This document shows positions 10,430 to 17,852 of a stretch of 44,050 nucleotides of DNA, piece after piece. The number at the start of each line of letters is the position of its first letter. Position 1 is the stretch's first letter. Below the pieces are notes generated by a model. That model ran no database searches and was not told the origin of the DNA. It saw only the letters and a list, made by a program, of their open reading frames with translations. Source of the DNA: an uncultured Clostridia bacterium (lineage in GTDB: Bacteria > Bacillota > Clostridia > Oscillospirales > UBA644); assembly GCA_944386305.1 (NCBI GenBank), contig CALXAN010000118.1, positions 1 to 44,050 on the forward strand, read 5' to 3'. Made by a program: the position numbers and the translations under genes.

Positions 10430-10792
10430 ATGGCTGACAATATTTTACCTCACGATCACGGGCAAAGCATAGAGCATGAATTGGAGCACATGCCGCGCAC
10501 GGAAGACTTCCATGTCGTCTCTGACATATTCAAGCAGCTGTGCGATTCGAGCCGTATACGCATATTTTGGATACTGTGCCACTGCGAAGAATGCGTGATA
10601 AACCTTTCCTCCATGGTACAGATGAGCAGCCCTGCGGTATCGCACCACCTGCGGCAGCTCAAATCAAGCGGCCTGATAGTGAGCCGCAGAGACGGCAAGG
10701 AGGTATACTACAAGGCCTCGGACAACGCTCAGGCTCAGCTGCTGCATGTAATGATAGAAAAGTTAGTCGAAATATCATGTCCCTCGCTGTGA
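10430..10792 (+). CDS. ArsR/SmtB-family (CadC-like) metalloregulator
   Basis: 120 aa with LCHCEECV, a cysteine-containing helix, and the HTH SSPAVSHHLRQLKSSGLI. Confidence 0.85.
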   Translation: MADNILPHDHGQSIEHELEHMPRTEDFHVVSDIFKQLCDSSRIRIFWILCHCEECVINLSSMVQMSSPAVSHHLRQLKSSGLIVSRRDGKEVYYKASDNAQAQLLHVMIEKLVEISCPSL

Positions 10793-10847
10793 CGCATGCT
10801 TTCGGCAGGCTCCGAGAGGAAGCGCATTTTTTACGAACAAAACATAA

Positions 10848-10975
10848 ACTCTGCACAGAAAAACTCAGAAGACCTTAAAATATTATTGCAACGAGGGTTT
10901 GATCCCCAATGTCAAAAGAGACTCAAACAACCGCCGAGTCTTTGACGAGAAGGACGTAAAGTGGATAAGAGCTCT
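10848..10975 (+). pseudogene. remnant of a MerR-family regulator (HTH part only)
   Basis: The frame reads ...TLKYYCNEGLIPNVKRDSNNRRVFDEKDVKWIRAL, a MerR HTH/wing signature. There is no start codon, an in-frame TAA lies at 10845-10847, and all MerR similarity is lost after about 10975. Confidence 0.45.
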
Positions 10976-10979
10976 CACC

Positions 10980-11010
10980 TCGGACGGAGCTTTACAAAAG
11001 CTCCGTCCGA
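10980..11010. repeat. perfect 14-bp stem hairpin at the point where the MerR remnant breaks off
   Basis: TCGGACGGAGCTTT-ACA-AAAGCTCCGTCCGA. Confidence 0.85.
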
Positions 11011-11169
11011 CATATTTATCATGCCGCACGCACAAAAAAACGGCTCGAACAAAAGGCTGCCGCGGAAGAGGTAAGCGAAAAAAATCATATCCGCAGCGAG
11101 GACCTGACGCCGAATACGATATGCCTTGTATAACCGCGCCTCCCCTGTCTTAATCGCAGACAAATATGC

Positions 11170-11197
11170 GCAGCAGTTAGCACATGCTAACTGCTGC
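11170..11197. repeat. perfect 12-bp stem hairpin
   Basis: GCAGCAGTTAGC-ACAT-GCTAACTGCTGC. No T-run follows. Confidence 0.8.
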
Positions 11198-11207
11198 CTT
11201 ACTTAAA

Positions 11208-11237
11208 AGCCCTGAAAACATTCTCAGGGCTTTTTTT
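11208..11237 (+). terminator. rho-independent terminator
   Basis: AGCCCTGA-8 nt-TCAGGGCT followed by T7. Confidence 0.75.
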
Positions 11238-11355
11238 ACATCATCAAATGTCAAATCGAAAAAGCTGATCCCGCAAAAAAACACTCTTGACATGCCGTTG
11301 CTTCGGTTATCAGTGATTTATTCTCGTCTTTGTGGTTGTTTTATTTAAAATATAC

Positions 11356-11384
11356 TTGAAATATACAAAATAATGTGTTATAAT
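11356..11384 (+). promoter_or_regulatory. strong sigma-A-type promoter with extended -10
   Basis: TTGAAA, a 17-nt spacer, then TGT-TATAAT. Confidence 0.6.
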
Positions 11385-11456
11385 TACACTAAATACAGGT
11401 TTTGCTTTCACGGCATATTCTGCTGCAGAAGATCAACAGGTCATAAGGTGATTGAA

Positions 11457-11870
11457 ATGAAAAAAGGGAATGTTTCCAACTCCGCATTAATCGGACAATA
11501 TAAAGTCATCTATATGGGCGGGATACCCGGGTATTACGGGATATTGGGCAAGGCGCTGCTCAGTTTGTCGCTTGAGGGATTTTATATATCTTCGGCAAAT
11601 TTGGGGCAGCACTATATTCCCTACACCAAAGTAAAAAACTGGAATATTATTAAAGAAAGAAGCGCATATGCCTCTGCAAATTCAAACGCAACTTTCGGCC
11701 CAAGGCATATCAGAATAGAATATACGGACAACAGCGGCGCTACAAATGTAATTCTTTTGGAAATGATTCAATCATTCCTTCTTCCTTTAAGCGCAAAATA
11801 TTGTCGGGACATGATTGATTTAATGAGGGCTTACGGTATTTTTGAAAAATTTAATCACCCTGCTGATTGA
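11457..11870 (+). CDS. small hypothetical protein, paralog of 12672..13061 (possibly a bacterial PH/GRAM-like fold)
   Basis: The start at ATG 11457 follows AGGTGA. It shares GQYKVIYMGG, IPY..V and a C-terminal YGIF..FN block with the paralog. Confidence 0.6.
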   Translation: MKKGNVSNSALIGQYKVIYMGGIPGYYGILGKALLSLSLEGFYISSANLGQHYIPYTKVKNWNIIKERSAYASANSNATFGPRHIRIEYTDNSGATNVILLEMIQSFLLPLSAKYCRDMIDLMRAYGIFEKFNHPAD

Positions 11871-12027
11871 ACGAGATTAAAAAATACAGCAAATTTTTTC
11901 ACCGCGTTTATCCACCTATTATTTGCGTTCCTTTCATTATGACGACAGATACACTAACAGATGATGTCCCGAGAACTGATAATAGCGGAGGCCTTACTGA
12001 AAATATTTTTGACGGAGGTATAATGCT

Positions 12028-12570
12028 ATGAAAAAAATTGTGTTGCTTTTACTCGTTTTTATCATGCTTCCTCTCAGCGGCTGCAAAAATTCCGACCGCG
12101 TTTCCGCAGCCGTGGGCAGTTCACCAAAAAATCCCGTGCCGCTGGGCGAATATGCCGACATTTGTCCCGGCAATCAGGACGTACAGCTCTGCATTACGGA
12201 AGTTATCAGCGGAGAAGAAGCAAACCGGCTCTTCGGCATAGATAAAGAATATACAATCGTTAAATTCAACATAAAAGTCGTATTGCTGAAAGAAGAGGAA
12301 TTTACGCCGTCGGACAATATATATATGGTTTTAGGCAACGGCACAATCGAGCAGGACAACAGCTCATCATATGAAGAAGAGATTATAGGGCTCCCATACA
12401 TTGGTGACGATACTTTCGTGACAGAGGGTGAAATTGATTGCGTCGCACTGTTTAAGCTTGATATTGATGATTGCAGATGCTTAAGATATGAAGATTACAA
12501 TTTTTACCCTTGGAGTAATTATATATATTTTGATATCGGCTCTGCCGAAACGGGCGAGACATTAACTTAA
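12028..12570 (+). CDS. lipoprotein, function unknown
   Basis: Signal peptide with the lipobox LPLSGC. 180 aa. Confidence 0.7.
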   Translation: MKKIVLLLLVFIMLPLSGCKNSDRVSAAVGSSPKNPVPLGEYADICPGNQDVQLCITEVISGEEANRLFGIDKEYTIVKFNIKVVLLKEEEFTPSDNIYMVLGNGTIEQDNSSSYEEEIIGLPYIGDDTFVTEGEIDCVALFKLDIDDCRCLRYEDYNFYPWSNYIYFDIGSAETGETLT

Positions 12571-12671
12571 CAGCTAATATCGACTTTTTTTAGTGCTAAA
12601 GGCAGGATAAAATAAAAGCGTTTAAATAGGTTTATTTTTAAAGGCTATTTATATTGGAGGGTTTTAGACAT

Positions 12672-13061
12672 ATGGGACCTTTACTCAGGCAATATAAAGT
12701 GAATTATATTTCGGGGCTGCAAAATTTCCCAAAACCCAGGCGTCATATTATTATGCAACTTTATACTTCCGGTTTTGTATTTTATGGAAAGTCATTCCCC
12801 CTGATCCAAATTCCATACAGATCAGTTGTTAAATTTGACTTAAATGTCGGATATGGTTCGATATGGGACTACAGGCCGTCCGACATGGCCGTCGCAAAGG
12901 TTATAGACATGGCATATATTAATGACAAAAGACAGACTGTTATCTTAAAGTTCGAGTTATCCGCTACTTTAAACGTTTTTAGGGATCATCAAACAAGATT
13001 GGAGTTCATTCCTTTTCTTAAACAAACCGGTATTTACGGGCAATTTAATCTCCGAGATTGA
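12672..13061 (+). CDS. small hypothetical protein, paralog of 11457..11870
   Basis: ATG 12672 lies 10 nt after GGAGGG. Carries RQYKVNYISG, IPYRSV and GIYGQFN blocks colinear with the paralog. Confidence 0.6.
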   Translation: MGPLLRQYKVNYISGLQNFPKPRRHIIMQLYTSGFVFYGKSFPLIQIPYRSVVKFDLNVGYGSIWDYRPSDMAVAKVIDMAYINDKRQTVILKFELSATLNVFRDHQTRLEFIPFLKQTGIYGQFNLRD

Positions 13062-13167
13062 GCATTTTTGTTTTATATATTTGGCAGAAAATATGTTTCT
13101 TTTATTTCAGCCTGCAGAGCAATAATTTCTGTTTAATTTTTGACTGTATACTTGAAAGTAGATGACC

Positions 13168-13338
13168 ATGTACAATGAATTTTTTGACGGAAGAGGTATT
13201 CTGAGAAAACCGGGCGAGAAATTCTGTGACGGGAGAGGATACCTGAGAAGGCCCGGCGAAGAATTTTTCGACGGCAGAGGGATATTGAGAAAACCCGGCG
13301 AGGAATTTTTCGACGGCAGAGGAATATTAAGAAAATAG
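13168..13338 (+). CDS. 56-aa micro-ORF consisting of four tandem 14-aa repeats (consensus EEFFDGRGILRKPG)
   Basis: My own translation: MY-NEFFDGRGILRKPG-EKFCDGRGYLRRPG-EEFFDGRGILRKPG-EEFFDGRGILRK-stop. It is too short for the ORF track. The Shine-Dalgarno (GAAAG) is weak. A terminator lies 53 nt downstream. An alternative ATG is at 13162. Confidence 0.4.
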   Translation: MYNEFFDGRGILRKPGEKFCDGRGYLRRPGEEFFDGRGILRKPGEEFFDGRGILRK

Positions 13339-13390
13339 GTTATTTTTATATGTCTATAGTATTTCTCCGCACCAATGCGACTTTTAAGAA

Positions 13391-13415
13391 GCGGCGGAGC
13401 AAACGCCGCATTTTT
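13391..13415 (+). terminator. terminator downstream of the repeat micro-ORF
   Basis: GCGGCG-7 nt-CGCCGC, then A and T5. Confidence 0.6.
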
Positions 13416-13626
13416 GCACATTTATTCTGCGAGCTAAAATGACTCGCAGATGTTGACAGAACGAGATACGGCAAGGAACCGGCGGTCTGCGAGCAGCAAC
13501 GCCGTAACAATATGAAGTTTAGCTTAAAAAACAACATTTCGTACAACACGTTTCCCGCGGCGCAGAAGAATAGGGCATAAAAAACAGTAACCAATGATAT
13601 TTAAATAAACAAAAATTATTCTAATA

Positions 13627-13663
13627 AGTAAGCGGACGCATAAGATTTATGCGTCCGCTTACT
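13627..13663. repeat. perfect 17-bp stem hairpin
   Basis: AGTAAGCGGACGCATAA-GAT-TTATGCGTCCGCTTACT. Confidence 0.85.
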
Positions 13664-13730
13664 ATGAAAATTACACTATAATTTCTATCACAAAAATAAT
13701 GCTTTTTTTGCCCTAAAAATAACGCTGCAA

Positions 13731-13813
13731 TAATGCAGCAAAAAGACGCCGAAGTCCGGTTTTGCCGTAAGTAAAAAAATGACGCTGAACCCGAATGTAT
13801 GGGTCCAGCGTCA
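13731..13813 (+). repeat. copy A of a three-copy imperfect direct repeat of about 85 nt
   Basis: Aligns by eye with 26657-26729 and 26787-26876, sharing ...GCAAAAAGA.GCCGAAGTCCGGTTTTGCCGTAAGTAAAAAAATGACGCTGAACCCGAATG... Confidence 0.8.
13773..13813 (-). terminator. terminator of the tail/holin operon (inside repeat A)
   Basis: On the minus strand: TGACGCTGGACCC-8 nt-GGGTTCAGCGTCA followed by T7. Confidence 0.8.
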
Positions 13814-13882
13814 ATGATAGGTTATGACCGCTCAGGTATCTTCAATTCCTGAGACCGCTGCAAAACACACGTTGAGCATCCG

Positions 13883-14146
13883 TTATTCAGTTTTTTTAAG
13901 TTGTTTCGGTATTCCTCGATGCCCCATAACTGCCATTCCTGCGACCATAATGCTCTGCACCACAGCTTCAGCGCTGAAATCTGTCTCAATCCAAAGTGAA
14001 AAAACTATTCTCAAGAACAGCAGAATAAGCGGGATAAATCTATCAGGAATTACCTCGGTATCTTTTACAAAGAACCCTATGATTAACACAGGAATAAGAA
14101 TAATACGATTCTCTAAAATAAACTCCCAATATCTATTGATCGCCAC
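13883..14146 (-). CDS. phage holin-family membrane protein (Hol44-like layout)
   Basis: 87 aa with two or three hydrophobic segments (LIPVLIIGFFVK...IPLILLFLRIVF...IMVAGMAVMG) and a basic C-terminus. It is the last gene of the operon. Confidence 0.6.
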   Translation of the reverse strand: MAINRYWEFILENRIILIPVLIIGFFVKDTEVIPDRFIPLILLFLRIVFSLWIETDFSAEAVVQSIMVAGMAVMGHRGIPKQLKKTE

Positions 14147-14437
14147 TTACTTTCTTATTAAAAAGTCCTGAATTTTTGATCTGACAGATTTTAGATTTTC
14201 AACGCTGTTTCCAGTAATGGTGTTTTCAAGAATGCTGAGAATGCCCTCACACAGCAAACGGTTTGTATTTTTTACTTCTTCCATAGTCTCCGCATTAACT
14301 TTGCCGCTTTCTTCTAATGCCTTTACCCGTGCATGCAGCTTTACCGTAGGTGATAAAAATTTAAAAATAACAGCGACAGCGCTGCCAATGACGGCAATCC
14401 CCCCTGCAACGGAAAATATCAGTTCTATAATCGTCAT
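14147..14437 (-). CDS. membrane-anchored coiled-coil protein (holin-associated, XhlA/BhlA-like role guessed)
   Basis: 96 aa with an N-terminal TM segment (IIELIFSVAGGIAVIGSAVAVIF) followed by a charged helical region. It abuts the holin gene with no gap. Confidence 0.45.
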   Translation of the reverse strand: MTIIELIFSVAGGIAVIGSAVAVIFKFLSPTVKLHARVKALEESGKVNAETMEEVKNTNRLLCEGILSILENTITGNSVENLKSVRSKIQDFLIRK

Positions 14438-14681
14438 GCGCCCCCCCCTGCCTTTTAAACTCTAATAAAGTCCAAAGCATATGATGGCATTATTCTTAGA
14501 ATAACAAGTCTGCTATCGGGCCTGATATACAATCCAAGTATCCCTCATAACCGATGATGGAATAGATTGTCCAGTTTACCATTTTCCTCAGTTATTATCT
14601 TGGCTACGTCACTATCACAAAAAGTTCTTGTCCTTTATTATCAGACGTATTTATTCCCCGTGCAGATGCATCGCCTCAGAC

Positions 14682-14993
14682 TTATACGTCTGAGCCGTTT
14701 TTAACTCCAGTCGGATGTTTACCGCCGTTCACAATCAGAGTTATTTTTGCATTACCCTCAGTTCGAACGTCTCTGGTCGGGGCTGCGGATTCAGCATTTG
14801 AATAATGATATCTGCCTTGAAAATAAACAATATCACTGGCTTTATATTGCTCTTGCGTAATTTCCGAAAATCCCGGCGCCTCGGTTATTCCTTCAGCCTT
14901 ATTGAATTGAACATAATGCTCAGACTCGCTCGGAGCCTTAAATATCAGGAGTCGGTTTGCTCTTCTTCCGCTATGGTAGGGAAATCTCCCCAT
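14682..14993 (-). CDS. hypothetical protein downstream of the tail fibre
   Basis: 103-aa ORF. Its 5' end overlaps the upstream ORF by 49 nt in the -1 frame, so the start is uncertain. Confidence 0.35.
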   Translation of the reverse strand: MGRFPYHSGRRANRLLIFKAPSESEHYVQFNKAEGITEAPGFSEITQEQYKASDIVYFQGRYHYSNAESAAPTRDVRTEGNAKITLIVNGGKHPTGVKNGSDV

Positions 14994-15196
14994 ACAGCCA
15001 AAATTGACTCATAGAAGTTTTCCGGTACGATTGACTTTATAAATTTACGGCCTTCTACGCTGTTTTGGGCCGACGTGCGCCAATCCTGACCAACCTGCAG
15101 CTTTTCCCCGGCGTCTTCGATATATCTTCTTTTTAAAACATTGACATAGTCTTCTGCCAGGCCGTCTATAATCCATTCTGTATACATTTTTTTCAA
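14945..15196 (-). CDS. hypothetical small protein downstream of the tail fibre
   Basis: 83-aa ORF starting 10 nt after the fibre gene stop. Confidence 0.45.
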   Translation of the reverse strand: MKKMYTEWIIDGLAEDYVNVLKRRYIEDAGEKLQVGQDWRTSAQNSVEGRKFIKSIVPENFYESILAVWGDFPTIAEEEQTDS

Positions 15197-15205
15197 TCCT
15201 TTCTC

Positions 15206-17851
15206 TTAAAGACTTGTTCTGTACGTACCCCAAATATAAACTGACGAGCCTGCGGCAGTCCAGTCCTGGAAACCGGAATAAATCTGACCGTTGGAGTCAG
15301 AATAAATAATTTGCCCGTTATTCCGCACATAAGGTCCAATTTTTACGGTATTTTCCGCAGATGCCGCAGTAACTCCGCAGAACATGATATTTAAGCAATC
15401 AAATGCGCTGTAAAAAGCAAAAGGGAAGCCTTTTACGACAGCGGCGGACATTTTTGACAATAATTTAACGGTTCCGTATATGTGGCACAATTTATCTATT
15501 TTGATATAATATCCGACTCCGCCTGCATCATCTATTGAAGGGGTCCAAGTGCCACTTGTTAATTTACCACTTATATCATTGAGGCTGTTATAACTATTAT
15601 ATATACCGATTTGGGGTGCAACAGCTGCCGAATCATCTAAACCGGACGCAATAGTATCGCTTAAAAGGCTCGATGAAGCGGATGCAGAGGTCGGTATTAT
15701 TCTCCACGAGCTATATTTAACGTTGTTGCTGGAAATAACTGAGTCTTTTGAAACGTCTGTATCTGTATACCAGTATCGGGAACGCAAGCCAGAGGCAGTA
15801 CTTGACGACCCTGCATTATAAAACTGCAAATGCGTCATATATGTATTTGCAGTAATATCTTGAGCCGCATGCAGCTGACCCTCAGCGTCAATATACGCGC
15901 CCTGATACCAGTTTATATTAGGATTGGCAGCGTCCGTTGAAACTGAAAAGTTCAGAGATCCGTCCGCCTCGTCATGTGAGTCTCCTCCATATATTGAGGT
16001 AGTTCCCTTAAAAATGATATCTGCAAAATTCCCGGCAACCGCGTTGATTCCGATACCCTTTTCCCTAATCGTAAGAAGCGCGGACCACTGCGTGACCATG
16101 GCAGAGTCGGTCACTTCTTGTGAGCCGAGGATAACTTCCATTATAGAATCGGTATATGACAGATGGATATTACCGGATGAGATTTCTTGCAGTCCGGTAA
16201 ATTGTTTTGTCTCCTCGTACGTATTTATATATGGAGGCGCTGAGGTTGTGCTGCTGCCGGATACCAATCCGGAATATGTCAACGTCACGGCGCCTATCGG
16301 GTTAGAAATAGAGGTAGAAGGACGCACTGAAGACTTAACTATTACGCTGTTTTGCTGGCGTTCGGTAACAGAAGTGCTTAACGCCGGGGCATTATAATAA
16401 TGCAGCGTAATCTGCGGCCCCACAGAATCGTCGGAAGTAGTACCGTACGCCGTTTTTGCAACCACCTTGATTTGATATGTCTGAGATTTTGATATAGAGG
16501 TAATCGGAGTCGTATATGATCTCGACGTGGTCGTCGAAACCAAAGACCAGGAACTGCTCCCCATCTTAGAATACACTAAGTAAGACACGGTAGTTGCGTT
16601 CGGGTCGGTCACCGCGCCCCATGTCCAGGTAATTGCGCGTTTATTAATGATAAAAACGGGTTCGGACACGTTAGGCAAAGTGTAGTAGGACGAAGAAGAA
16701 TACGACGGAGCCGACGGAGCGGCCGGAGTATATTGCCAGTTAATATCCGTATTTGCTTGAACGGTCCCGGAAGAGCCATAGGCGTTCGAGCAAGTCATCT
16801 GCAGCCGCAATGTCCCGGTATAAGTAGACGCTGCATGGGAAGCGCAAGCCGCCTTAATATCGGATTGTTTGATGTATATTCCTGTAGGAGTTGTGCCGCT
16901 GCCGTCCCAAACTGTGATATAAAAGCGATATGACGCGACTCTGTCACTGGTTACGCCGTAAATCGACAACGGATACGCCGTCCCGTTTAGATTTACAAAC
17001 TGCGCCGTCAAACCATAGGTAAAGCTTTTGTTGCCGTCCGTATTGACGGGCACGCTGTGAGTACACGTCACAGTATACGTGCTGCCGGGCGTGATCGTCG
17101 ACGGAGAGGTAATTTTAAAAGATGAAGGAGGAGTGAATTTATTTTTGGTAACAGTCTCAGATTGTTTGCCGAAGATATAATCGTCCGAAGCTGAATCCTT
17201 ACAGTACGTTCTGAAATAATAGCTCGTCCTTTGCTCGTCATCGGCAACATTTACCGTGCCGGAAGTACTCGTAGTTCCGCCGCCTCCTACGTATGAACCT
17301 GTAAACGAGCCGTTCTTCCATATTTCTACGTTATACTGTATCTGATCGCCCTGGTTGTCTTTCGCTCCGGACCAGCTGACATTGAGCGAGCCTGTGTTTT
17401 CGGCAAAGACGCCGGACGGACTCACCGTACACGTCGGATTTACCCAATAAGCGTTCGTGTTGCCCAAAGGGATTGAAAGCGTAAAATTATTGTATTGAAA
17501 AGTCCCTGCAGCATATGCCTTATTTGAAAAGCCGACAGACAGCGCCACGGACGTGCTTGCAGCTGCCGCCGAGAGCGTTACGCTTTTCCAGTACCCGGAA
17601 CGGACGTTGCCCTGCGAAGAAGCGTACCAGTAGTATTTGCCCGTAATATGATTGGGGTTACAGCTGCGATTCTCCCCGTCCACCTGTACCCAGCATCCGT
17701 TAGACGACCATGAACCGGGATAATGCACGCCGATATCGATATCAATCGTAACGGACGACGGCGTCCGTCCAGTCACATTGTAATACACCTTCAGCTCTGC
17801 CGACACGTTGGACTGCGTTGTGCCGTAGTTGATATATCCTGTTTCAGCCAT
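15206..17851 (-). CDS. tail fibre / receptor-binding protein with several Ig/FN3-like modules
   Basis: 881 aa, Ser/Thr/Gly/Tyr-rich, with FN3-like stretches (ITWTWGAVTDPNATTVSYLVY...YQIKVVAKTAYG). It sits after the Tal gene. Confidence 0.65.
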   Translation of the reverse strand: MAETGYINYGTTQSNVSAELKVYYNVTGRTPSSVTIDIDIGVHYPGSWSSNGCWVQVDGENRSCNPNHITGKYYWYASSQGNVRSGYWKSVTLSAAAASTSVALSVGFSNKAYAAGTFQYNNFTLSIPLGNTNAYWVNPTCTVSPSGVFAENTGSLNVSWSGAKDNQGDQIQYNVEIWKNGSFTGSYVGGGGTTSTSGTVNVADDEQRTSYYFRTYCKDSASDDYIFGKQSETVTKNKFTPPSSFKITSPSTITPGSTYTVTCTHSVPVNTDGNKSFTYGLTAQFVNLNGTAYPLSIYGVTSDRVASYRFYITVWDGSGTTPTGIYIKQSDIKAACASHAASTYTGTLRLQMTCSNAYGSSGTVQANTDINWQYTPAAPSAPSYSSSSYYTLPNVSEPVFIINKRAITWTWGAVTDPNATTVSYLVYSKMGSSSWSLVSTTTSRSYTTPITSISKSQTYQIKVVAKTAYGTTSDDSVGPQITLHYYNAPALSTSVTERQQNSVIVKSSVRPSTSISNPIGAVTLTYSGLVSGSSTTSAPPYINTYEETKQFTGLQEISSGNIHLSYTDSIMEVILGSQEVTDSAMVTQWSALLTIREKGIGINAVAGNFADIIFKGTTSIYGGDSHDEADGSLNFSVSTDAANPNINWYQGAYIDAEGQLHAAQDITANTYMTHLQFYNAGSSSTASGLRSRYWYTDTDVSKDSVISSNNVKYSSWRIIPTSASASSSLLSDTIASGLDDSAAVAPQIGIYNSYNSLNDISGKLTSGTWTPSIDDAGGVGYYIKIDKLCHIYGTVKLLSKMSAAVVKGFPFAFYSAFDCLNIMFCGVTAASAENTVKIGPYVRNNGQIIYSDSNGQIYSGFQDWTAAGSSVYIWGTYRTSL

Positions 17852-17852
17852 G

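Noticed and set aside
10899-11153. 84-aa ORF taken as an intact small MerR-like gene.
   Set aside because: Only its first ~25 residues are MerR-like. The HTH actually begins upstream of the TTG start, behind an in-frame stop. The remaining ~55 residues are basic nonsense spanning a perfect hairpin. I call it a pseudogene remnant instead.
13107-13421. 104-aa minus-strand ORF with repeated FLNIPLPSKNSSPG units.
   Set aside because: It is the reverse-complement shadow of the 42-nt tandem repeat. The plus-strand reading has an ATG, a stop and a downstream terminator, and about half of the differences between repeat copies are synonymous third-position changes in that frame.
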